DNA of 64,000 bases from assembly GCA_037447605.1 (NCBI GenBank), contig CM074809.1, forward strand, positions 2,160,689-2,224,688, read 5' to 3'. This document shows positions 1 to 11,700 of this stretch, one piece after another (the stretch's first letter is position 1; each line of letters starts with the position of its first letter). The notes below the pieces were generated by a model that was not told where the DNA came from, searched no databases, and worked only from the letters and a program-made list of their open reading frames with translations. The translations under genes were made by a program, and so were the position numbers. This DNA comes from Zygnema circumcarinatum SAG 698-1b (taxonomy: Eukaryota > Plantae > Zygnematophyceae).

Positions 1-2126
1 ATTGAATTCAATGGTTGGTTGCCAGCCATTGCAAACAACCGGTGGCTGCCATCCATTGGATTCAGTGGTCGGTTGCCAGCCATTGCATACAACTGTTGGT
101 AGCCCGCCTGGATTCAGTGGTCGGTTGCCAGCCATTGGATACAACAGTTGATTCCCAGCCATTGGATTCAATGGTTGGCTGCCAGCCATTGCAAACAACC
201 GACGGTTGCCTGCCATTGGATACAGTGGGCGGTTGCCAGGGATTGCAAACAACCAGTGGTTGCCAGCCATTGGATTCAATGGTCGGTTGCCAGCCATTGC
301 ATACAACGGTTGATTGCCAGACATTGAATTCAATGGTTGGTTGCCAGCCATTGCAAACAACCGGTGGCTGCCATCCATTGGATTCAGTGGTCGGTTGCCA
401 GCCATTGCATACAACTGTTGGTAGCCCGCCTGGATTCAGTGGTCGGTTTCCAGCCATTGGATACAACAGTTGATTCCCAGCCATTGGATTCAATGGTTGG
501 CTGCCAGCCATTGCAGACAACCGACGGTTGCCTGCCATTGGATACAGTGGGCGGTTGCCAGGGATTGCAAACAACCAGTGGTTGCCAGCCATTGGATTCA
601 ATGGTCGGTTGCCAGCTATTGGAAACAACCGACGGTTGCCTGCCATTGGATACAGTGGGCGGTTGCCAGCGATTGCAAACAACCGGTGGCTGCCAGCCAT
701 TGGATTGAGTGGTCTGTTGCCCGCCCCAACCTGACCGCGCTCGCCAGGTACAGGCCCGCCACGACCTTCTGCGCACACCCGTACGAGATTTGGTACACAG
801 CTGCACGGGGCACTCCGGCCAAGCGCTGCAGATTAGGGTTGGCATCGGTCAGTCTGCTCGTCGCCATACAAGGGCCCGCCTGGATTCGGTGGTCGGTTGC
901 CAGCCATTCCATACAACGGTTGATTGTCAGTCATTGGATTCAATGGTTGGATGCCAGCCATTGCAAACAACCGGTGGCTGCCAGCCATTGGATTCAGTGG
1001 TCGGTTGCCAGCCCCAACCTGACCGCGCTCGCCAGGTACAGGCCCGCCACGACCTTCCGCGCACACCCGTACGAGGTTTGGTACACAGCTGCACTGGGCA
1101 CTCGGGCCAAGCGCTGCAGGATTAGGGTTGGCATCGGTTCATCTGCTCGTCGCCATACAAGGGCAGAAATCTACAAACGAGTCCGTCAAGTTCATTTGTA
1201 GATGCATGATCATACAAGTGTATATGTATACAGATAGTAGTTCATGAAGTTGTGCTAAGATTACAGCCCTTATGCATACAACTGTTGGTTACCCGCCTGG
1301 ATCTAGTGGTCGGTTTCCAGCCATTGTATACAACGGTTGATTGCTAGCCATTGGATTCAATGGTTGGCTGCCAGCCATTGCAAACAACCGATGGTTGCCA
1401 GCCATTGAATTCAGTGGTCGGTTGCCAGCCATTGGATTCAGTGGTTGGTTGCCAGCCATTGCAAACAACCGGTGGTTGCCAGTCATTGGATACAGTGGGC
1501 GGTTGCCAGCCATTGCAAACAACCGGTGGTTGCCAGCCATTGGATTCAGTGGTCGGTTGCCATCCATTGCATACAACGGTTGATTGCCAGCCATTGGATA
1601 CAATGGTCGGTTGCCAGCCATTGCATACAACGGTTGATTGCCAGACATTGTATTCTATGGTTGGTTGCCAGTCATTGCAAACAACCGGTGGTTGCCAGCC
1701 ATTGGATTCAGTGGTCGGTTGCCATCCATTGGATACAATGGTCGGTTGCCAGCCATTGCATACAACGGTTGATTGCCTGACATTGAATACAATGGTTGGT
1801 TGCCAGCCATTGCAAACAACCGGTGGCTGCCATCCATTGGATTCAGTGGTCGGTTGCCAGCCATTGCATACAACTGTTGGTTGCCCGCCTGGATTCAGTG
1901 GTCGGTTGCCAGCCATTCCATACAACGGTTGATTGTCAGTCATTGGATTCAATGGTTGGATGCCAGCCATTGCAAACAACCGGTGGCTGCCAGCCATTGG
2001 ATTCAGTGGTCGGTTGCCAGCCCCAACCTGACCGCGCTCGCCAGGTACAGGCCCGCCACGACCTTCTGCGCACACCCGTACGAGGTTTGGTACACAGCTG
2101 CACAGGGCACTCGGGCCAAGCGCTGC
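1..2126. repeat. 27-bp-monomer satellite with a 322-bp higher-order repeat
   Basis: A conserved core GGTTGCCAGCCATTG is followed by a variable ~12-mer (GATTCAATGGTC, CAAACAACCGGT, CATACAACGGTT or GATACAGTGGGC). The block starting at 1 recurs at 323 (offset 322 = 12x27-2). The array is interrupted by a GC-rich module (3 copies) and an AT-richer unique piece at ~1165-1275. It starts before the window. Confidence 0.97.
724..875 (+). other. GC-rich exon-like module embedded in the satellite, copy 1 (other copies 1012-1164 and partial 2021-2126)
   Basis: The three copies are near-identical. The frame PNLTALARYRPATTFCAHPYE(I/V)WYTAA..AKRC has mostly G/C third positions, and copies 2 and 3 follow an acceptor-like CCAG. 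I do not recognise the protein. Confidence 0.6.
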
Positions 2127-2708
2127 CGCCCCCGCCCCGTGCCGCGAGGCACGTCCCCCTCCCCCCCCTCCTGGCAGGGGGGGTATGCCCTGTGACGTGA
2201 CTACACTGAGAATGAAAATCGGGCCGACGACGAGGCGTGCCCCGAGCACGGACGGTCGAAAATGCGGGGCATCTTTCCCCCCCCCCCCCCTCCCCGCCCG
2301 GGGGGCACCTCCGTGCCCCCATGCCCCCATCCCTATACATGGACGGGGCGGCCTGTGCCACGGGTTGTTTAACTGCCGACGGGACTGAGTGGCTGAATGG
2401 CATGGGACGGCGTGATGAAGGCGGCTGCCTGCAACAGACAAGGCTCAACGCTGTCATGGCTGCTATGGCTGTCGGGCTAGACGCGTCCTCTGTATCCTGT
2501 GACGTCTTTGGATGCTCCTGAACGCATTGATGTATCATTGAGGACTTTGTCAAGTTTGTGGCTCAGTGTAGGCTGGAGTTGCTACTTTTCATCCATCCTG
2601 CATTGAGAAGCGCGTCTGAACTCTGCATAGAAACGGTTCTGAGGTTTCGCAGCTGTATTTAGACAATTCATTCTTTTTTTAAATTTATATTCCGATGTTC
2701 ACGAAGAA

Positions 2709-5700
2709 ATGCGGAAGAAGATTGTAGCAGTGGCCTTTCAACTCTCGGCCGCCTCTGGGCCTCGTTGGGAAAGCGAGCTGCCATTGGCCTTTTCTTCGTC
2801 GCCTCCTTTGTCGAGGGTCACTTGGAAACCATGGACCCGCAAGTCGCAAGCTCGAAGCATGAGCACTTTCTACGATGTCACAGTGGAGAAGTTCGCTGCA
2901 CAGCCGATCGAGACAATGTCACTGCGACAAATGCTTGCATTTGGAGAGCGTGTGAAAGATGAGGAGATTCGAATTCTCAAAAGCGCTCGGTTTGTTCAGC
3001 GAGAACTGCCAATACGACTTGCTAAGAGGCTCATAGATTTGCAGTTTCTGCCATACATATTTGTTACGAATCCTCACATTTCACAAGTGTACGATGCTTA
3101 CCATAGAGCTTTTCAGCAGCTGCGAGAGTTTCCTTTGGTACAAACAAGCGAGGAGAACCAACGGTTCACGGTTCTTCTGAAAGAGGTACGGCGCTTTCAG
3201 ATCGAAGCTAGATTTTACAAGGTTTGGTGCCACTCAAGAAGCCTGTTTTTGGCTCAAGAGAGAAAAGAGAAGAAACGAAAATCAACAAAAAATACTGTTC
3301 TTTGTTTGCTTAAACAAAAATACAGATATTTCTCTAGCGGAGCCGGAAATAGGAAAGGACACTTTTTGGTCGTCGAGGCGAAGTCATCAAAACAAATTGT
3401 GTTAAATCACTAAAGCGTTGTATGCTGCACACAGAAAAAGCGTAGCTGGCTCAGAACAAACTATGGAGCCATTCCAAGTTCGTAGCAGCGAATTGCCAGA
3501 CCGAATAGCGGTTGTAGTCTTGCTGTCAAAATCCTCTACAAAGGCATTGTTTACTAAAACAAAGGTTGGCTGAATCTCGTGCAATTTGACCTCACTTTCA
3601 CATTCTCTTTCTCAACTCCGTTGATTGCAACCTTTCCTACAGTAGAGTACCACGTTTCCTTTTCTTTGTTCATTTCCTATATGTTTGTGAAAACAAAGCA
3701 AACATATGGGAAATGTCCCTGGTCGTCCTCTTGCGCAGTACTGCCCAAAATGTTCGCATCCCGCTTGTTCGCCCAAACATCTGCTAACAAAACATGGTAC
3801 CCTATTGTACCGTGAGTGAGTCTGACAGTTTGTGACATTCAAAAAGAAATTAGTTGACACTTCCTGTTCTGTACACCTTTGTTCCGATGACTGCAGTTGG
3901 TGGACGAACAAACGCCTCTGCTATCTGTGCTTGCTAAAGGAGTCCGTGAGTGTGCATCACGCCCGCTGGTTGGTAGGGAGCTTGACCTCGACGGGTTTCT
4001 GAACAGCATGTGAGCCTGAATGCCTTTCACTGACTGCTTCTGGACGCGCGGACTGATCACAGTAGAATGCGCCACAGAAGCTGAACAGTTGACATCATAC
4101 GCACGGCATGTAGCAGATGATATATGGTTTGGCCAGTTGCCTATGGACGGAAGAAGCAATCCCAAGATGAGTGAAACTGGTTTAAGGTGTCAGTAGTATC
4201 ATCTGATTTCGAAAGTTGCACAAACTGAGAACAAGGAATGGGCACCTTTGAGAATACCATGCACGAAGGCGGAAAGGAGTCCCTGGTTTAAACTTCTAGT
4301 CAAGCAAGGCCTTTCGAGTAGTAGTATTCCTATTGTGAAAGGAGGCTTTAATACGCTGCAGAAATGAATTCACGAGGGTATTGGCTAGTTGAATTCTGGA
4401 CTATCGTCGTCGTTGAGTACTTGCCCTGGATGAGTAATTCAGTGCAGATGTGGCATATCCTCTTTGGGATTTTGCCTGACGCTGCTGACTTTGAAAGAAA
4501 TAATTTTCGGGATTATGGGAAACAGGCTACGATCACGAATCAGTCGAAGAGTGATAGCTGAGCAACATATCTGCCTTCAAACCCGTAGAGACGGCTTCAT
4601 AGGAGTCATTCATACTCAGGTACAAGCTCAAATGGTAGCACTTGAGATCGGATGGTTCCTACTCTGGTAAAAACTCCCATAACTCTTGTGTTTCAAGCAA
4701 GACACAGAAGGCAGTATAATGCTCATGGATACGAAAGGGAGGAGAGTGTTGGACTGACTTGGGTCTCTGAAGCACCTTTTGAGAATTATATAAAAACAGA
4801 TGCAAAGTTATCCAGAACAATCACACTGAGATTGACTTTCAAACTTTCAGCTTGTCTTAGCTCACTGAATGGCTCCGGGCGATCTGACTGCCAACAGCGG
4901 TGCGAATAGACAGCCTCAGCGTCGCACTACAGTTTTGAAGTTTATTGTGGAAAACATTCCTTCGTTAACATGACTTTGCTAGGGGATGCGTTTGGGGCCG
5001 TCAGCTTTCAGTGGCTGCCGCAGTGCAGAAGGCCATTGGGCAGTGTCAGGAGGTATGCAGGGAGACATATGGCGTGCACCCCGAGTTCACCATAACGGGT
5101 GACATAGACACTACTTTCGCCTACATTCCAGCACATCTGGATTATATGCTCTTTGAAATTCTCAAGGTATCGTGAAGAATCTTCACTGTTTGTCCTCTCT
5201 AAAATTTCTTGCACTATCATCAGATGGAAGTGCCATAAATTATCACAACTTGGCTAGGCTAAACTGGAGGCTCTAGACTGATCCGTACTCTAGAATCGCA
5301 ACTTTGACATGCGCTATCTGGCTGAGCCTCCACATGAGGTTAAGGTGACCTAGCAATACTTGCTCCCAAACCCCATGCATGGTTTAAATTGCCCAGAAAG
5401 GACAACTATCCATAACGTGTCAAGGCCACGCTCTCGGCGTGTCAATCATCAGAATGCATCGCGGGCAGTAGTGGAGCACCACTTAGCGCGGCGCCGCGGC
5501 CACTTCTGGCCCAGTGAACAATGGCTGCCACCAATCGTGGTTCAAATCTGCTGCGGCCGACAGGAAGTTGGGATAAAGGTCAGTTGCTGAAACAGAAACT
5601 TGAAACTTGAAAGTAGAATCCCGAAAACTCAGACCAAACCAAAGACCAAACCAAAGACTGAAATTCCCTCTCTAAGGTGACGAGGTTTGCAGCATGTTTC

Positions 5701-7248
5701 CGCGTTTTGGTCGTAAAACATAAAGTATATTGTCTCCACCATCAACCACCATTAACTCATCATTGCAACACAGGTTAACGTGCCGTGAAGCAGATGCTAA
5801 CTGTATCCAAGTTTTTGGAGGTGGCAGGTATCGGATCTCGGAGGTGGCATTGATGAAGATCAATTAGAAAAGGTGGGGGAAACACAAAGGATTCCGTTGT
5901 AGCCTCAGCTACCACTTGCGGCTGTTTGGACGTTTTTTTTTTTTGCTGCAACTGTTGAACTAGAACTTGAACTTCGTTAATCTCTCGTTGACTATGATAG
6001 TGAAGGGCAAAACGTCGCATAAAATAAATGATAGCACGAGCAACAAACTTGAACTTTTGGACATGATTAAGAGTCCTTGTCTTGTCTTGTCCATGATATA
6101 GTGCTTTCTTGATCCTGCTAGTTCTTCCCTTTTGCTTCTCTATGCCCCTCACAACTTTCATTTCGTCCCACTTTTGTTACCCAACTCCCTCTCTCCCCTC
6201 TCGCTCACTCTCCCTCCTTCATCTCTCTTCCCTCCTTTTTTCAAGTGAATGTGACCCCTCCTGTTCCTTTCAATTCATGAAGCAAGGAAATCTCGTCTGT
6301 GTTGTTTGTCTTGCACTGTAGTTCATACATCGCATGGTGACGAGCATTTACCACAATGGCAATAGACGGATCATTGTGACATTCATCCCATTCTCACTTT
6401 GGTTTCGCCTCGCTTTGTCGGAGCTAGGACAGGTGTGGAAATACGGCTATTCAACAGTAGAAGATTCCATGTTGGCTGAGCAGGACATGGTGGCAGGGGG
6501 AAACAGCCCTTACAGCTATGGGCTTGGAGGTAATGGTTCTTCTTAGCAAAATTCAGCAAACCGGACCTTTGCTGGGTGCAATTTTAATGTCAATGAAAAA
6601 GATTCGATACGTTTGATACATTCAAAATATGCTTCTGCCCTGTTTTTCAGCCAAGGATTTCTCTCCTTATAACAGCGTGTGCTGATAGCAGGCATAGGCG
6701 CCACTTCTCAGCAGCAGAGCAACCCGATGGCCGGCCTTGGCTTCGGCCTGCCCCTCTCCCGTCTTCATGCGCAATATTTCGGTGGCGGAATACAGGTGGG
6801 TTCTTCTGATCATTTTCTGATTCCATTCACTCAATACGCTATTGCAGGACTGGGTATTTTTTGCGCTTTCCTTTAGGCACCGTTTATCCTGCAGGCATGG
6901 GATTCCGGAAGTTGTTGCGCATTTCGGGTTTTTTTCCAATCAGTTTTCCCTGCAACTGGCAACCAGCCATGTTGCATTTTCTCCTCCTGGCTGCAAAAGT
7001 TGTGCTGTGATCGATAATCAACCAGCTCCGTAAAACTAGCTTCACTTCGCGACCAAGTTGCATGTGGTACCGGGTTCTCTTAATTTGATGGGTTCAGCCC
7101 GCCATGGATGACATCACATGTAAAACAAGGGCGTGACACACGGCTTCACTTTTGAATGTGGCAGTTGGTCAGTATTCCAGGATACGGAACAGACGCGTAC
7201 CTGCGGATACATCGGCTCGGCGACCAGACAGAAAATATCGAGATATGA
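2709..7248 (+). CDS. PDK: Mitochondrial alpha-ketoacid dehydrogenase kinase (PDK/BCKDK family), 9 exons, ~433 aa
   Basis: Exons 2709-3185, 3897-4009, 4526-4619, 5005-5166, 5453-5578, 5828-5872, 6433-6529, 6692-6795, 7165-7248 (1302 nt, phases consistent). Motifs: ELPIRLAKR, SRISRRVIAEQH, N-box FEILKNASRAVVE, G1 VSDLGGGI, G2 MAGLGFGLPLSRLHAQYFGG, GYGTDAYL. The start could be the later Met of MSTFY. Confidence 0.93.
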
Positions 7249-8646
7249 TGTGCAACTTTTCCTTCTGCCACCCCAATGAAGCATCGTCAGCAACTGTTGG
7301 CATACCCCCTTTTAACTAGCTGCTTGACTCGCGGCGGCCCTTGTGATTAGGAGTCGCCAGGTGCCTCGGCCAACGCTTAGGTCCCGTGCCACGAATGTAA
7401 GATAGGTCAGGTATTTCTTTTTTCGGATACTTTTCTGAATCTTTTCGGACTAGTTTAGTCCGTCACCCACGCTTGTCTGAAAAACAGAGACGGCTTCTGG
7501 AACAGCGCGACATTGTGGATGGGATCGAATCGCCACCGGTACGTTTTCGGCTTTTAGAAAGCTGCCGTGTTGGCTGTGTATGGGGGTCAGAGGGGCAGGG
7601 TTGGATAAGGAAGCTCCTCGGGAAAGACTATCACCTTCAGTTTAAGTTGTACTGGAAGTACTTCGTGTTTAGGTCATCATCGTCCCCGATGAGGGGCATC
7701 AAAGGCAAGAATAAGGGAATGGCGATCCGTCGTATTCGACATTCTTGAAACAAAGTCGCGGTGACTATCAGGTTCCTTTCATTAGTGGAAGAGTTGTGCT
7801 TTAATGGGAAAGTTCGCTTCTGAGGATGTCTTATAGAGAGGTTGATGTTTTCGAGGTGGAAGGCATAGACTCTATAGTTAAGAAAGCAAACAGTCTTGTC
7901 AGTGAAAGCATGAGGGCAAGATTTGGCTGCTTTGGGGGGTGGGGGGAGGAGGGGGGGGAGAAAGCACGAGGGAGAAGAGAGGAGAGAGGGGCGGGAAGAA
8001 GAGGAGACGGACAAGACCTTTTTTGACACTCGGTGATTGTAAGTAATCTATTGTTCCCATAATCTTGTCTTCTTTGCCTCCTTCATACGATGGTGGCTGG
8101 GACGACTACTGGGCTTGGCATGTGAGCCAAACGAACTGTGAAGCAGAATCGTGGGCACATTCAGAGTCAAAGAGGGAACCGAATTGTATGGCGCAGGACT
8201 TTCGTAGCAAGCTGAACTTAATTTCTGCTCTGATATTGAAATATTCGAAAGAGCGGCATCGGAGTCTTGGAAGCCAACTAGGCAGCCAGAAGGCGAAGAA
8301 AACAAGCTAAGCTGCACAAGCCATGGCTGGGGGCGGGCAGAGCTCTTGATCCAGATCAACCCCACATATGCATTGAACCTGGCCGCGCCCTGGCCCTGCG
8401 TGGATCCTACGGCACGTGCCGTCAGGTCCGCCATGATCAAAAAATCTCTCAGCACCACGTGGCAGGTCGCGAGTGGTCCACCTTGCCCGACTCAGATCTT
8501 CCCTGACACGCGTCGAGCGCAGCGACGGCCTGAATCCTCGAAGATCTCGCCCTGCTTCAGTTGACCTGTACGGACCTCGAGACGCCCTGGAGCGCAGACC
8601 GAACATCGGACCCTCTCTTGTATTGGAAATAATACACGGGCATCTG

Positions 8647-8698
8647 CCAATGGCGTTTTGCCACGTGTCAACAAATACACGTGACCAATCGTAATTGG
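8647..8698. promoter_or_regulatory. Proximal promoter motifs upstream of the hydrolase: two G-boxes and CCAAT boxes
   Basis: CACGTG at 8662-8667 and 8678-8683, CCAAT at 8647 and 8685, ATTGG at 8694, ~100-150 bp upstream of ATG 8798. Confidence 0.5.
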
Positions 8699-8797
8699 CC
8701 GACGGTCCAGTACGAGCTCCCAAGGGTGCCAGGCGAGTCCTCGGTCCCCGCCTCGCCTCTCGCCTCACCTGCAGGCGGCGCTGCGGAGCTCGAGGCC

Positions 8798-11700
8798 ATG
8801 GCGCTGACGGCGCATCGAACCGCGGCCTGCTGGTCGGTACTCGCATGCATGTTGATAAGAATTCCGCAGAAGTCTATGCAGAAGAAATATTTGAACTGCT
8901 GGCTTCGTCGTATAATGCCGCTGTCCCTGGGGACGTGTTCAGTTGTCTGTTGCACTGCAGTGACAGCGATATCCACGCTCTTGTTAAGTCTGGAAAATTG
9001 ATCCAACCGGAGGTGATGCTGTATTGTTTCAATCCCCTTTTTTTTCTGCCTGACAAGAAGAAGAAGAAGAAGAAGAAGAAGATGTCGTAGCCCGAGGCCA
9101 GGACAGCACATGGCATGTTCCAAATAAATGCTGGCATAAGTGCTTTTTGTTTCTGGTTCTTGCCAATTCTAGCAGAGCATTGGCACAACGGTACAATTCG
9201 AGTCTTTTGAAGCAGCTGTGGTACTGAAAATTCAAATTCGGTCAAAGTTAAATGTATGTGAGAATACAGAAGAGTTCAATGAGACGAGTTGCAAGGAGAA
9301 AATTATTAAAAACTGAGATTGTGGCGAAGAAATGCAGAACAAATAGGGCTTCAGACCTATTGAAGTTAACGGATCCCAATGCCGTGTATCACAAGGGAGA
9401 ATGCTTACAAGATAGGCAATTTCATACTGAATCATTCTCAAAACGTGGGAGCAATTGGCAATCTAAGGACCAGGCTGCACTATTGAAACATGCGGGTGAC
9501 TTGTTGGAAAACGAATTCCTATTGTCGAAGCAAAGGCCATGCAGCAATATGAGTCAGAGATGGGAGGTGAAGAAAAATCAGACTGTTTGCATAAGGGGAA
9601 AAGGAAGCCCATCGCAAGCACCTTACTTCGGCTGACGAATTGGATCCTTTGTTTCCCCGACAAGGATTAGTTAGCACCGTTAAGAATTGCGCTGTCCTCA
9701 ACGCCTGCTCCAAACAGCCATATGTTTGCAACTGATGTTTGATTTTTTCTACTGCTTTGTAGCTTCTCTGCGGGGCTCACGAACGAGCCCTCCGGCTTTC
9801 TTTGCCAGCCGATCAATGTAGCACGGCCCCGACATGCCATCCGGCAGGTACGCATTATCTATCTGAACACTCTACTTTGCGTTTACTCACTGCCCATCCA
9901 TAAGCGCGCACATGTACGGTTAGCGTTACAGTACAAGTCTTTGAGTCTAAGCAACAAATTTATGCTATCGATTTCCTTGTTCAGGGCAGGCCATACAGAC
10001 TGCATGTCGCAGCAGTTGTCGACGACGAGGAAGAGAGCTCCAAGGGCCTTTTCAACTTTGTGACGGATAATCCGAGCAGTCGGAGTGCAATTCAGTTGAT
10101 CTCAACGCCGGCAGAGGACGGGAATCTGGGGCAGATGATAAGTGTAAGTGAACATAAGTGGGGAGACTGTCAACTTGGTTGCAAGCTGATGTCGTATACC
10201 TCTGAAGTTACAAAAACTGGCAATCCAATGGACGAAAGCGGTCACTACATTAAAGAAATGCGAACAGAAGCAAATGAGCGGCCCTCTTGGTGCCAACTAA
10301 ACTACATAGATTTGCGGCGAAGTGTTGCTACTATTGCACGTCTTGCTGTTACAAGGCAAGCTGGCTGGCTCATTTGCTGAAGATGCAGAAAGCAGTTCTC
10401 AGTAAAGGGGCAAAATGTTGCTTGGACCTGGTTCTTGATTTAAGCAGATTCTGGTGTTCGAATAAAAATTGTTTCACTCAAAAGAATCTTGTACTAGCAG
10501 AGAACCACGATTGTAGGATCAAGCCTTCATCTCCTTGGTAACAGACATACCCCTTTCTCTTGCAGATTCTTAACCTTCTCGAAAATACCTTATGTGAGGC
10601 TTCCATGCGTAATACTGAAATTGATCGTTTTCTTTTCTTGTAAAATGTCACACCATGGAAAAGTCACATTGGATGAATGTCTTGAGTTGGAAATCTGTCT
10701 TTGATATGAGTTCAGGTTTATATGCTAACATACGGGAGTATGGGCGCATCTGAATAAGGGCCAGAGGTTGCTCTTGCTTTGCTGATTTACATGTGCCTTT
10801 TTGTTTGGGATATGGCGGCAGCAAATAGAGTTCAAGGGCAGAGAGAATGGACGATATGTCATATCAGGCGGCTTGGAGCACTGGGTCCGGGAAACTCGTG
10901 AGCTTTAATCTGACCATCCTGTAACAAAGTTTACCATCCTGTAACAAAGTTTACCATCCTGTAACAAAGTTTACCATCCTGTTTGAAGTCTTACGGTTCG
11001 TTCTCTCTCTCAATTTAAAAACTATCGTACAGCACAACCTCATGTTTCAGTTTACATCATCATTGCATGCATGCATCATCATATGCATCATTGCATCACT
11101 CCCGGGGAGGATTTCGAACTATTGTGAATGTTGTTTCGTCACAAGCTTTGGCGGCCTTTCATCGATACATCCTCATCTCCGGAGGAAGGGGCTGGGCTAG
11201 TGCAGCTGCCAAGGGACTCTTTAACAACGCTTCGGATGCTCCCAAAGTCCTTTTCCTCCATGGAGTCCCCACCCAATCCTACAGTTTCAGAAACGTCATG
11301 TTGCAGGTTAGCTGGCTGAAGCTCGCACCCACCTATGAAAGCGACAATTACTTGGGCTTCTGAGTGTACCCGCAATTCCGTGCAATCTTGGTAGCTCCTC
11401 TCTTATCTGTAGTCCCTTTTGAGAGGGGTACGTGATTAGCTAAGTTTTGGCTTGTGCGGTGGGTCCACAGCTGTCAGATAAAGGCTTCCACTGCTATGCA
11501 CCGGACTGGATCGGTTTCGGACTTTCGGAGAAGCCTCAGCCGGGCTATGGCTTCAACTACACAGGTGGGCATTGGGCCGAAGGTCCCGCCCGCAATCTGA
11601 AGCACTTAAGCACCCTGCAAACCTCCGTTTGAAGTTAGTCTTCGCGGGGAAGCTGTTGGACAGAGACAAACGAGAATGTCACAGAGAATGTGCAAGCCAC

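Noticed and set aside
1-2020. CRISPR-like repeat/spacer pattern (also considered for 60285-60604)
   Set aside because: The variable parts are only ~12 bp and are reused, or are absent. The context is eukaryotic and there are no cas genes.
15-2441. Many overlapping ORFs with 9-aa repeats (VGCQPLDSM, NGWQPTIES, etc.) suggesting a Cys-rich solenoid or ice-binding protein
   Set aside because: The 27-bp monomer is a multiple of 3 and nearly stop-free, so most frames stay open. The 322-bp HOR shifts the frame every cycle, which argues against coding.
7263-7490. Minus-strand frame with an in-frame TGA (KRG*RTKLVRK...) as a possible selenoprotein exon
   Set aside because: No redox CxxU/UxxC context, no recognisable SECIS downstream and no convincing upstream exons.
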